In this document: positions 48,949 through 61,606 of the stretch, piece after piece | How the letters are laid out: each line of letters begins with the position of its first letter | How positions within the stretch are numbered: position 1 is the first letter of the stretch | Assembly (NCBI GenBank): GCA_904063045.1 | Contig: CAJFCJ010000006.1 | Span: forward strand, 3,550,408 to 3,614,407 | DNA from: Dimorphilus gyrociliatus | Taxonomy: Eukaryota > Animalia > Annelida | Reading direction: 5' to 3' | Length of the DNA: 64,000 bases | Translations under genes and position numbers: made by a program | The notes under the pieces: generated by a model | Database searches by the model: none | What the model was told of the DNA's origin: nothing | Seen by the model: the letters and a program-made list of their open reading frames with translations, nothing else

Positions 48949-49527
48949 TTAATAATTGCTAAGACAAACTTTTCCAGCTAATAGTTCAGATATCACAGTT
49001 ATCCATTGAGCGAATATAAAAATGATATATGATATTCCTGCAGAATAATTCTTTGGTAATTGATACGCTCTTCCACCTATTAGTTCCATATCGAAACCAA
49101 GGGGAAAAACAACTGCAGCTATGCTAAAGCAAACAGTAGCACTAAATCCAAACCAGCGCGCCGTGTTTATTACTTCGTACTTAAAGCATGAAGCTATTAT
49201 TAACCCTATCGTAAGTGTTATGAGAATAATTCCAAAGATAATTGCTAATAAGGCAACAGCCCAGGCCTGACACAATAATGAATGGAGAAAGCATTGCTCT
49301 TCGTAATTCATTGTATTTCGAATGCAAATGTAAAAGAAACCTATTCTAGTTTCACCTGTAAAGAGTTTTGTTTATTCATTTCTCTTGGATAGAATAATTA
49401 TACATTTTAATAAACTCTTACCTTCGCTCGAATGCATTTTGATCCAATTAGGAATAAGTATACTCGTGATTGCAAAAGTATCTGCAAGAAGAAAGACAAC
49501 TCCTGAAAGAACGGCTAAATGTTTCAT
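48949..49527 (-). CDS. MOSMO: MOSMO/C16orf52 (modulator of Smoothened; tetraspan, claudin-like)
   Basis: Exons 49422-49527 and 48949-49355 (66 nt intron). MKHLAVLSGVVFLLADTFAITSILIPNWI...ARWFGF...FPLGF..ELIGGRAYQLP....GISY...AGKVCL closely follows human MOSMO (...SGCLFLAADIFAIAS..PDWI...GGQPYKLP...AGKVCL). Confidence 0.9.
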
Positions 49528-50092
49528 CTCACAGCCGTCATAATCAACTTCGCAACCAATTTTAGGGTGCAATAGCTTATTTCCACAAATTTCGTTCCTT
49601 CCTAATTTTTTTAGAGAATAGATGGCGCCATGAATCGTTCTATTAAGATCATTTTTTCGTATAAAATTTTTGTGACAAACAAGGTCCTTGGCGCCCTTAT
49701 AAATACCCTTCTATATCGAAACTTGGAACGTGATATAATAGCTTTGCCATTTCGTTTTATCTATTTGTTCTCTGATTTTCCACTAGGAAATGGAATATTC
49801 CTTGGTAAACTTCCGGGATCCCATAGAACAAACGGAACGTATTTAACGGAAAAGATAAAGGTAACAATGTCCAAACACAATAAATATTCTAAAAGAAAGT
49901 AGAAATATGCTACTATCCAACTTATTAACTTTGATTTTTCTTCCTTTCTGTATTTATCATTTTCTGTAAGAAAAACAAACATCTGTTTGGATTATACTCT
50001 GTATTTATCAGAGAGATATATGTAATCAAGCCCATAAAGATAATACGTTATAGGTGTAACTTTTACCTTTTCGAAAGCTAACATGATAGAAC

Positions 50093-50588
50093 ATGCCTTT
50101 TTTTTGGAATAAATTTTCAGTGAAAGAAGCTCAAAGGAGGAAATGTCTTTCTCTATCAAATCTAAACTTAGATTCTCTCGAAAAGGCCGACAGCCAGGCA
50201 GAACCAATACAAATAATATTAGATAGTCACAATCTCGAGTTTGCTGATGGAAAATGGATACCAGGTTTGCTCTATCATTAGTCATTAATCGTTTAATTTC
50301 ATGTTTCCTTTCTCTGCACGTAGCCGAGAGGAAGATAAAATCAAATAAGAAAGATCTACAAGAGGATGAAAGGAAGAATAACTTATTGAAAGCCCGCAAT
50401 CAATTATTAAAGCGAAAGGTGGAAATGATGATTGAACTGGTAATATTATTATAATTTATAAAAAAATAATCGTGATTTTCTATTTATATCGATAATCTTA
50501 GCTGACCGAAATCGAAGTTGATCGAAGTTTATTAGAAAGTGAAAATGCAAATCTGAAGAGAAGAATTGATAAGAAAAGAGGAAGATGA
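50093..50588 (+). CDS. CBY1: Chibby (basal body protein, beta-catenin antagonist)
   Basis: Three exons: MPFFWNKFSVKEAQRRKCLSLSNLNL...LEFADGKWI / coiled coil NNLLKARNQLLKRKVEMMIEL / LTEIEVDRSLLE...KRGR*. Matches CBY1 MPFFGNTFSPKK..RK..SLSNL...L.FENGQWI...NNLL..KVDILLDML. Confidence 0.88.
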
Positions 50589-50755
50589 TGAATAACTTTT
50601 CGAAAAATCTGTCCAAATTAACTTTTCTATCGAAAGCGATTTCAATACATAGAAAATAAAAAAAAACAAACAACAAACTAGTTTTAATGATTTCAATTGT
50701 TTCGTTTATTATGCGGGTTATAAAAATTGGCAACCTGGGATTTGAGGCACAATTA

Positions 50756-53644
50756 TTATTCGACTTCGATACTTTGTATTTTTTCATGGACATTCTGTTG
50801 AAAAGGCATACGAAAATCTTCAAAGTCCACTCTCCAACTAAATCGTTCTCTTCTAACGACCCGAGCGGCAATTAATTCTTCAGAGGTTGGTAATTTTGTC
50901 CATACTGATTTTGGTACGTAAGAAATATCTTCTTTCTCTTCCAGTCCGCCTGCTAATGCGGAAGCTGCTCTTAAGATTGAGCCTTTTCTATGCGAGTGTA
51001 AAGCTTCAAGTATAGGACTCTCTTTTCCAGTTTCACCGCCGGTCGCCACCTAAAATTAATCCATTTAGAAGCTGCATAATATTGTTCAACAAATGCTGGC
51101 ATACTAACTAAAAACTACAAGAAAGTATGCAAGCATTTGTCAGGGAATGAATGATACTAATGTGCAAAAGATAGAGCAATCATTATGTTATTATAATCAA
51201 AAAGGAGAAAATATGACAAACACTTGCATACTTCAGAGTTTCGTGTCATCGTTTAAGCCTGTGAAACATATACATGCGCTAAGTAAAATTTTGTAGAGAA
51301 ATACCTTAGAACAATGCTTTATTTATTTAAATTAAATTTTAGTAATCAAACTCAAATTGGTATTAATATTTTATGGAAAAGTTACCTTGCCAGCCTGGCC
51401 AGCGTTAGACGCCGGTCTCTTTGCAGGAGCAGACTTTTTACCACCTTTCTTCTTATTATCCTTTGGTTTTGGGACGCTATCGTATTTCTCTTTGACAATA
51501 TCATAGACTCTCATATCGCCGAACGATGCAGCAATATCACACACATTGTCGTCTTTTTAATATAAATGGAAAGATAATTGATTTCATAATAATTGGATGA
51601 TTATTAATATCTTACCGTGCTTTGTGACATTCAACATTTTCGCTCCTCTGTCGATTAGGAATTGAACCAACCCTGGTCTACAGCTTTCGATTGCTCTCAT
51701 TATTGGTGTAGCACCACAGAGACTGGTAGATTCCAAATTTGCCCCATTGTCCAAGAGAAATTCAACGAGATCCTTCTTTCCTGAGTGGCAGGCAAAGTGT
51801 AATGGTGTCCACTTAAAATTGTCAAAAGCATTGACATTAGCTCCTTTCTCTATTAACCATCGAGCCATATCTAAATCCCCGTTTTGACAGGCCACCATTA
51901 AGGGAGTTTTGTAGTATTTATCAGTAATATCGACTGGAACACCTTTACTTAAAGCATCTTGAACAGTATCATAATGCCTATGAACAGTTGCCTGAATAAT
52001 ATTCATATGAGCTTTATCAGGTTTATGCAGATACCAAGCAGAATCGTCTTGAAGTGGATGTTTAGGAGGACGATCTCGATCAAATCGACCTACATCTGTA
52101 TGGACTAAGTGCTCCTCTACAAAAACTTCTGGGGGCCCTCCACCCAGCGTTCTTGGTCCCTCAGTTTGAGTGCATATTGGTAATGGAATCTTTGTTTTCC
52201 CCTTTTTCCCTTTTCCTTTACCTTTCTTCTTCTTTTTCTTCGGCTCAAAGGCGGACATAAGATATTGTTTGTTGACGTACTTTTTGCCTGTTAAGAATAA
52301 ATTAAAATCTACTCTGCCTTCTTTATCATGACTTTGGAGTATTTTTTTCATATCCGCTTCCAAGGGCATTGGAGCACCAATATTCTCAAGACCATCAACA
52401 AAATCTTCCTTAGCAACTGTTCCATGCCCATCAACATCTAGCCTATTATACAGATCGGTCAGTTGTTCAGTTCTTTCAACGCAGAAATCGTATAAAGCTA
52501 ATATCCACGGATCATTATTTTTTCCTGTTTTACCAAAGATCTTTTCCCCTTTTCTTACTTCTTTAATAGCCTCTTTATGACCTTCCTCTTTAGCTATAAT
52601 TCTAGCTGTATTCCCTTCGTTATTTTTGGGCTTTGGGTTGCATCCTCTCTGAGCCAAATATTTACAACACGGTCCACTTCCTTTAAGAGCAGCTAAATGC
52701 ATAGGTGAATTTCCTCGATCATCATATACGTCAAAATGCGCTCCGTAAGCATGAAGTGTAACCAAACATTGAAAGAAGCCTCCCCTAGCAGCTTCGTGGG
52801 CGGCTGTTACTTTTAGCTTTAACATCTGAACGTCAACTTCTCCACCTCTCTCTAAAATAGCTCTAACTACCCTCTGACTACCACTTTTGCTTGCTGCCAT
52901 TAAAGCTGTCCTATTCGATTTCTAAAAGAGATGTTTTTGTATAAAATATTAATTAGAACTTATATCTATAGTTAACCTCATTTTTACTATTGGCATCAGA
53001 ACCGCTTTGGAGCATTTTAATGCAAATTTCTTCATTCTCCGATGCTGTTTCACAAGCATGAACAAACACATGATTGCCATTTTTATCTACGTTATTGGTT
53101 TCAGCAGCAAACTTCAAAGCTAATTCAGCGCATGTTTCGTGTCTTTGAGTCGAGTTAATACAGTACCAAAGGATTCCTTTTCCTTCTAAATCTTTAAAAG
53201 TCATGTCGGCAGCTATTGCAAAATGCTCATCATCATCATCATCTCCTTTCCTCTTCTTTTTCTCAGGAGCATCGCCTCCTGGTTTCAATAGTCTCTCTAA
53301 GCATTGAACGTGTCCGTATTCTGCCGCTCTCATAGCAGGAGTTCTCCCCTAAGTTGAAACATAGATAAACAATCTTTCAGTTTGAAACTGGTGATAGAAC
53401 TTACTTGAAAATCAACAACATCTGGATGAGCTCCTAATTCTAATAGGTAGCTTATTAGATTATCTTTATTAGCTACTGCTGCTGTCGATAGAGCTGTGTC
53501 TCCAGCATTTGGTTCATTATAGTTGATTAAATGGGGAACACCATTGGCACACAGTTTACCAATTTGTTCTTTATCGCCATCTCTGACGCACTGGAGTAAT
53601 TTTGTTACCTGCATTACCTGCAGGCGAGTTTGAGCCACTGGCAT
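50756..53644 (-). CDS. ANKEF1: Ankyrin repeat and EF-hand domain-containing protein 1
   Basis: Five exons. MPVAQTRLQVMQVTKLLQCVR, N-terminal ankyrin repeats, EF-hand DVDGHGTVAKEDF, poly-K, FDRDRPPKHPLQDDSAWY, further ankyrins (KYYKTPLMVAC, DNFKWTPLHFAC), and C-terminal RRERFSWRVDFEDFRMPFQQN. Confidence 0.92.
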
Positions 53645-53736
53645 TATTGTTTCTTTCCTACTTTCTTCTTTTCACTTTTTTTTAATTGTTGTTTTTAGAT
53701 ATTCCGTCACATGTCCGTCTGAGAGTGTTGTTGACA

Positions 53737-53750
53737 GTTACCTTGACGAC
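53737..53750. promoter_or_regulatory. RFX X-box upstream of ANKEF1
   Basis: GTTACCTTGACGAC, close to the GTTNCCATGGNAAC consensus, ~95 nt upstream of the ANKEF1 ATG. Confidence 0.6.
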
Positions 53751-54202
53751 GGCGCCATAATAACTTTGTCGACCGGTGGACGATATTATAGGCCTAATAG
53801 TCTGTTAAGTTTTATACAAACAATAATTGTATTTTCAAAAGAATTTAACGTTGTGAAAAAAAAATAGATTTTAAGTTTACTGGTATTAAATTATTCAAAA
53901 TAACAATTATCGTAAAGGAAAAGCCTTTACTTATAATTAAAATCGATTTGTTTTCTTGCAAAACCAATTATCAGACAGATAGTATCTTCGATTAGTGGAA
54001 AAACATCTCAGGTCAATATTTTTTTCATATTGACGGTATACTTTAAATTATCGTAATTTCTTTGTCAAATCTTATATAGTATGTTGTGCAATTCGTTAGG
54101 TTTATTATTTTTAAAGCACATATTGTTTCGCATATAAAATAGCGTTTGGTGAGTAGGACATCAAACTTTAAGATATACATATTGCCCACCCCTATCATCG
54201 GG

Positions 54203-54286
54203 GTCAGGATGGCCGAGCGGTCTAAGGCGCTGCGTTCAGGTCGCAGTCCACTTCTGTGGGCGTGGGTTCGAATCCCACTTCTGACA
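54203..54286 (+). tRNA. tRNA-Leu, anticodon CAG (type II, long variable arm)
   Basis: GTCAGGATGGCCGAGCGGTCTAAGGCGCTGCGTTCAGGTCGCAG...GGGTTCGAATCCCACTTCTGACA. Acceptor stem pairs fully, A and B boxes are present, anticodon at 54237-54239. Confidence 0.97.
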
Positions 54287-54288
54287 CA

Positions 54289-54297
54289 TTTTTTTTT
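54289..54297 (+). terminator. RNA polymerase III oligo-T terminator of the tRNA-Leu gene
   Basis: Run of T immediately downstream of the tRNA 3' end. Confidence 0.8.
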
Positions 54298-54535
54298 CTT
54301 TCCTTCCAATAGAAAATAAATTGCTTAATGTTACACAATATACTGTACAGCATATTGTCTATTAACAAAAATATTGGAAATATTCCTTTTAAAAATCGAT
54401 CGGAACCAGATGGCGTTAGTAAATCAAAATTTTGCTTATATTGTGCAAAAATATTCAAGTAATAAATTTATACTTAGTACTTTATTACATATACTTTGCT
54501 TATTAGCTTTATATAATTTACAACATGCATAATAT

Positions 54536-56426
54536 TTATTCCATGTTAACATCGTTACTTTGACCGCCATCATCTCCCAAGTGCATATCTTCAAGCATTT
54601 CGTCCAAGAAAATCTTAGGCGTATCATCATCGTCGGAAGCCTCATTTTCATTGTACTTAGCACGATCTAGTTTATTAAAGAACATAATATAGTATAACTT
54701 TACAATAAAGATTAGCAATTGAAGAAACAGATACTTACCAACATATATATTAACATTCTGTCGAATATCTTTATCGTCTTCAAGATCATCCAAGAAATCT
54801 CTATATTCTCTATTATCTTGTGGATCTTCAATATGCTTTAGCATCCAGTTACGTTTTCTTATACGATTTGGATAAATTTTCTTTATCAAAACAACGTCAG
54901 GTATTTTTTCATCTTTAATGGCATCTAGATTGCGATCATTCATATTGGCAGTTTTCATCTCAAATCTGCGTAAGGATATCGTTTAAGAAAACATTTTTTG
55001 TGTATTCTATCAAATAACATACCCAAGAACAGAGTCACCGCAATGAATAAGATGTCCAAGGTGGGTTCTGCAGAAAAGCTGTTCGCTTACACCAACTTCA
55101 TTTGTTCTTGCCAACCATGCTTCAGCCAATACGTGCTATTATTATATTTTAATTAGTTTAATAATATAATCCAATAAGTTTAAAATAAAAGATATCTTAC
55201 TCTCTGAGAAATAAATCCTCTTCCCGATACATGCGGTTTGGAATTTTCCGTTATTTGCTCTGTCTAAAAAACAAAAAGAGGTAAACATAAGACTAAGACA
55301 CGTTACAATTAGTCAGTTCGACAACTCAATTACTTACTTCCATAACCATAAATTCTTGTAATTGGTTTGCAGATGCAATCGCATTGAATGGATATCTATA
55401 AATATTGTAAGCGTCTTAATTTTATGAAATAAATATATGAACCAATTACTAAATTACCTCCAAAATGTAGTTGCGTTGATATCGGCTATTTGGAGACTAT
55501 TTGGATCAATGAAATGAACGGTATTTGTAACTTTATAACAAATAGCAACCTGGCCAAAATTGCCCATCATTTGAGCTAATTTTTTTGGGAGAATACAAAT
55601 ATCGTCTTTACATATTGGTACTAAATCAACGCAATATGTGGTTTTATAATTATAAGAGTTGTTATGTATATCGTGAGAAACGAGTTCTTGACTTTCTTTC
55701 CATTTACATGGCAACATTATCTGAAGAAAATCAACTAGTTTCTTAGCATCCTGTTTTTGAGCGTAGAAAAAATCTATCCCTTCGTTTAGAGGTTTAATTC
55801 CAGTAGTATTGGCATGGGCTTTATGTTTCAAAATAAGCTGTTCTAAGTAATATATTGTCCTCTTGTGTTTTGTTTTTTGCCTCACTTGAACAACAGCACG
55901 CCAAAAATCTTTTGCTTCAACTCGATGGCAGTCATCACACATTTGGTTATGAACAATAAATTCAACGATAAAGGTTTGTTGCAGAACAGCACCTGCAAGA
56001 ACCTCTTTCTGAATAGAAATTTTCATTTTAATCCTCTTTGAATGGGGTTCCGTCCATATAAATCCAGCGTCTACTAGTCTAACATCTTTCGTTACGCTCT
56101 TTATTCTCTTCAAGCAGACAGCTAACAATTCTCTAGACTCAAGGGTGGCTGTTACCCAGGTTCCAGGAGGCTGCAAATAGCGTTCACAGTTTCGGCAAAA
56201 TTGTAGAGAAACTTGTTTGGGAATGCCTTCTGTGATATCGATTTGAGTTCTCAGACAGGCAACGCACATATTAGCTGGATTCGGTTCAATTTGTGTTCCA
56301 CACAAACAACATAATCTATATCGATAAGAACATTTTTAATTTCAGTTTATTTTATGTAACGTTTTACTAATTAATATCAAAATCTTACATTCTCGCTGTA
56401 CTTTCTGCATTTGACTCGGTCTCCAT
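54536..56426 (-). CDS. NMD3: 60S ribosomal export adaptor NMD3
   Basis: Six exons. Short first exon METESNAESTAR; CxxC motifs (CGTQIEPNPANMCVAC, FCRNCERY, MCDDCHR), WRAVVQVRQK; acidic C-terminus with NES-like MLEDMHL. Confidence 0.96.
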
Positions 56427-56566
56427 CTTTAACAATATCAAATCTGATAAACTGCGGATATATGTATTTCACGTGGTCACGAAAATAATAGTTACCTCCG
56501 CAGAAATTGTGACGTCAGTAATGCTGAAAACTGGTAAAAGATTTTTTCTTTTTAGTAAGAGGACGA

Positions 56567-56580
56567 GTCGCCATGACAAC
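56567..56580. promoter_or_regulatory. RFX X-box in the NMD3/TCTN2 divergent promoter
   Basis: GTCGCCATGACAAC, a near-perfect GTNRCC-AT-RNYAAC palindrome. CACGTG (56470-56475) and TGACGTCA (56510-56517) lie nearby. Confidence 0.75.
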
Positions 56581-56991
56581 TGAGACATACAATTTATTAT
56601 TATGATATTTAACATATAAGTAAATAGTTTTAATTAGTCTAAGATTGTCGAAGAGCAAATATTTCAATTTTATAATTAAAACCTAAGTATGTAGTAAAAA
56701 TAAGCAATACGCTGTTACAAAGAAAACTATGAATTCGTAAGTCAAATTGAAATTACAAGAATCAAAACTAGTAATTTTGTCAAAAAAATGCTTATAGTAG
56801 GTTCATTTGGAGCAAAATTCACTCATAAATTAGAAAAGTTTAAAATAGAAATTGAAAAAGAATAGACAGGATACCTGTTCAAATCATTAATCGAACATAT
56901 TTCACGCTACAGGAAGCCAGTCGTGTTTCGAAAATTTCTGATGAATTCTGCTCGAAATTAGGAATGCATCAAGCTTTTTGTGTATGAACAA

Positions 56992-59900
56992 ATGTACCTT
57001 AAATATCTAATTATATTGGGCTTCATTCTTGTGCCTAACATAGAATCTCAAGCTCAAGGTAACGTATATAATCCAAAAGTATTCCTTTCAACACGTCTGA
57101 TCCTGTGTTATCGCAGGTAAAATTGGTAAAATCTTAATCGGCACGCAAGATGATGAATTAACATCACTGGATTTTAATTTAAATGAAGTTAGACCAACTT
57201 TCTTAAGAATACCAATTTTTAGTGAAGTCAGAGAGTATGTCAATGGTGTAATAGGAGGACCTTCAACCGGTGTTCCTGTAAGGCTTTTATAGTAGTTCTA
57301 TTGTTAGCTGTTGTCTTTTACAAATTACATATTCCAATATAGGAAACTGTTAATGTGCGGTGTTCAATCGACGACCAAGATTCAGTTGATGGATTTAGTT
57401 CAGCGGACTTCTCTCTTTTGTCGATCCCTCCAAACAATAACGTTGGTTTTGTCACTATATCCAAGTAATATAATTTATCTCATTTCAAGATGCATTTATA
57501 TCAAAACGTTATGTTTATACAAAATTTAGTATAAAAGAAGGAAGAGCTGCTAGAGTCTATTGTTATGGTGAAAGTCCATCGAATATATTCACTCGAGAGG
57601 GATCGATATCTAACAAATTGTAAGATTTTTATCAATCTCCTGTCTCTCTAATATTTACAAAATTATTCAAATATAGGGAATTATTAATTCGACCAAGGGG
57701 AACAATATCTATTCTAAAAAATTCCATTACTTTTGCCGATGATCTTCGGATTAAAACCGGAAGCTTTCCAATTGAAATAAGGTTTATTTGAAAAATTAAT
57801 TTGTATAAAGTTTTTAATAATAATACTGAATGAAAAAATTAAAACCATCAAGTGAACCTATGAAGGAGAATCTAACAGCTATATGTAACTTAGACAATTC
57901 ATCTGATAATATTACCTTTGAAAATCTAGAACTTTATATTGGACAAACAAAAGCAAAGGTAACTCTCAAAAATTACGATTATAAGAAAGATATAGTCCTC
58001 TTTTTAAAATACTGTTTTTTTCATAGTTTTCATACAGTTTTGAGAAGTTAAGTGATAACACAACTTTCTCATGTTCACTACAATCGTCTGGTACCGTTAC
58101 AACACAATTTGTAGCAGCTTCTTCAAGAGGTTACACATTATTATAATATAATTTATTTTATTATAATTCCAATATTTGTTTAGGTTCTAGTCGATTTGAT
58201 ATTGAAGAGTTAACAGTTGATATCGTGCCCAAAGACATTACAATTTTAACAGATTTTTTTAAAGTAGCTTTTCTTTCTCACTAATTTCTAAAAGTTAAAC
58301 ATAATTGCCAATGTTTTTTCAAAAAGATATTCTTGAAAATAAAGGAGATTCCTCCTCGTGCCGTTAATTTTGTCTGTAGAGTTAAAACAATTAAAACGCC
58401 TCAAGACTTGATAGATGCTGAAATGGAAGCATGTGACCCTTTGCCAGCACCTCCGAACGGTTAGGAAGATTATTTTAACAATTACATAGTCATTGACATA
58501 TTAATGTTTCTTTCAGCAACCCAAGTTACATTGTCACCTAGCGTATCTCCAAATAGTTCATATGTTCCTCCTGTTCCGAATAACAGAAGCGAATGGATTA
58601 TGAGAGGTTCAGATTCACCCATTATTTTTGAAGTAAGAGATACAGTTGCTTATCCATGCTACATAAATACTAATTGATGTCTTTATAAACATATTCAGGA
58701 CACCTTATACCGAATACTGACTTTGCAAAGATTACTTCCACCAAATAAGTTCTTTAGTGAAGATTTTGTTGTTACTTGCTGTGCTCCAAAGGATGATAAT
58801 TCTCAAGTACCAGGCTATCAAGATTTAAAACAGATTGCGCGATACAAAGCTGAATTTTTTCCAAAAAACTCAGCCAATTGTAGTTTTCCCGAAGGTTTAC
58901 AGTTTCATTTAATATTTATATCAAATAAAATTTTAATAATTACAGTTACTGATGATGAGAGACAGAAAGAAACTATACTCTCTAATCCGGGTTATGCTAG
59001 AATATCTCACTGCCATTGTGACTTAACTTGTGACAAATGTGACGTTGAATGCTGCTGCGATAAGGATTGTTTGCAAACGGAAATAAATTCAAATAGTAAA
59101 TGCTTCCCTGGGCGATTTGGAGGTAAAGACGCTCCACCCTCTGAAAAGTTATGCAGCGAGAAAAGATTAGATCAACCTGATTATCATGATTTTATGTGCA
59201 TATGGAAAGAAAACAATGCATTTTTGGGTAAAGAATCTTATTTTTCAGTGAATAATAACTGGGAATTTTAAAATATCTTTATATTTAGGTGTCTATAATT
59301 TGGATAAAATTCGTATAATCAGGGGAGCATCTAATTTTCAAGACAAAATTGAGACAGGAGTGATGAGATATTCCTTTGAGTAAACTTTTTGTTTTTAATA
59401 ATAAAATTATATGTTAATTCTTTTTTTTATTTTCAAATAAGGTCCGTTGAATCAAAAATATCTGATACAGTAGAGAAGGAGTATAGGCAGTTCTCAACCA
59501 TTAGAACTGGTATTGAGCCTGATACTCCTACAGAAAGATTCCTTACTGGTGAACAATATAGACTTTCTTTGCCTTCGTCTGGAATAACTGCTAATGCATG
59601 TGTCTGGAACAAAGCTGTAAATTTTCCTGTCAAAATTTCATTCAATGTACGTAATATATTTCTATTTTAGGTTCAATATATAACGGAAGGAAACTCTTAT
59701 TGCTCTCAAAAATTATCTCCATCGATATGCAGTCAATTTACATCATTGAATGCTCGCTTTTATGTTATTTCGTCTAATATTATGTCAACAAGCTCTCCAA
59801 GAAGGCCGGCGGTATTGAAAGAGAAGACTTTGAGAGGATTTACCATCACAAATACTGACTATTTCTGCACTACTAATACGAGTAATTACGTAAAACCAGA

Positions 59901-61606
59901 ATTTAATGGCAAAATTCCGTTTGGAAATAGACCCAGAAAAACTCTTTCACTTTTTAATTACACCCTTGAGAATTGTACCTACGATCTGGAATTGAATACT
60001 TACAGATGTAAAGACGACGGTTGGGTAGACAGAGCATCAAATGACGACGCTACCAGGTGCTCTTTTGACAATGGTTTTACCCTCCCACCAGAGCCGAGTT
60101 ACAACCCTAATACTGAAACATGTGATAATGTTGTTCTGAATGTAATATATAACTTCACCTGGTCCACTAGCGAAATAGTCAAATTAGACGCAACAGTTTT
60201 ACTTGGAAACGTTACATTTAACCATTTAGTAGAATATGAGAAAGAAATTTCTTTCATAAATGCAACAGGACAAGTAGAAACAAAACTTGAGAAATGGAGT
60301 TTAACAACACATAATCGTCTCAATCAAGTTTGTTATTCCATCTCAATTTTAATATTTTTATTTAATTAGGTCGTGTTTTTAGAAATATAAAACTATTTGG
60401 ACGCACGTCGCCGAAAACGTGACAGGAGAGCCTATATCAACATCAGGCAATCCAGGTATTGTTTTACATTGAATATCTATTTTTTTTTCTATAGCTATCT
60501 CAAGCTTAATTGTTATTTTGTAGGCTATGAACCCAATTATCCTATCATAACTGGATTTCTTAAGAATGCCTCGGGTAATGTCAGTATAGATGATTCTGTA
60601 AATAATCAAATTCACATATGGGAGCAAGGTAAAGAATTCACTTTTCATTAGGGTGTGTAAATATTAGTTTCCTTTTTATGTAGATGGATCAAGCTCTCTT
60701 TGCGCTGAAGTAGGAAGATCAAGAGTTCAATTTTTACAATCAGCAAAATCTGCTTGTGAACTTTCGTTATCGTTAGCCGAGCTGAAAAACTGTACATATC
60801 TTCGGCAGCTAATATTTAATAGACTTAACGTTTTAATGCCATCAACTCATATATCAATTGGAGGTGTGATTGAAAAGGAAAATTTAGATAATTGGATAAA
60901 AATTACACGGTAAGTTTTCTTTGAAATTTCTCTATATTATCTAATGTGAAGTATAAACAACTTAATAGGCAAGACTTATCAAAATACTTTTTGGAAAATG
61001 AAACAAGTTTCGAAGAAAATACTACTTTGAGTCAATTTACACTTGCTCCAGCTAATGAAAATGTTACAACTGCTACTCTTAATCCTATCATTAATGAAAC
61101 TGTTAGCAATGATAAAAAATCCGTATTCGATTTGGCAGAAGGAATATGTTCGGACATTCCTTCATCTATTCATATCTCTATAATTTATACAAGAGCTGGT
61201 GCTGCAAATAATCTTTCAATATATAATATCATAGGAAGCAAAATTAGCTATTCTTTCTCTGAATGGTCATTTCAAAATATTGACGCTAATGACTTTCAAA
61301 CATTCCAAATATACTCTTCTGTGTCCTTTGAAGACGTTACTCCAAAATACGAAAGGATTCCAAAGTAATTTTATATTCTAATCTATTCATAAAGTATTAG
61401 CAATAATACCCTAATAAATCTCTTTTCAAAATAGAGCCAGATTAGATGACGTAAACGCTTGCGAAAAAGAATCCTGTTGGTCTAAATTCTTCTATCCATT
61501 TTCAAAAGACAATGAAGCAGACGATTTTCAGTGGACTTTAATAGCAACATTTTTAACTTTAATCTTTGTAATTGGAATATTTCTTGTTTCCATACCATGG
61601 TGGTAA
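56992..61606 (+). CDS. TCTN2: Tectonic-2-like ciliary transition-zone protein with a long N-terminal extension
   Basis: About 20 phase-compatible exons, from signal peptide MYLKYLIILGFILVPNIESQ through the Tectonic Cys motif CHCDLTCDKCDVECCCDKDC, GNPGYEPNYPIITG, to CWSKFFYP and a terminal TM ending IPWW*. The TM plus PW end is TCTN2-like. Confidence 0.85.

Noticed and set aside
54043-54458. ORFs 54043-54309 and 54222-54458
   Set aside because: Antisense translations of the tRNA-Leu gene.
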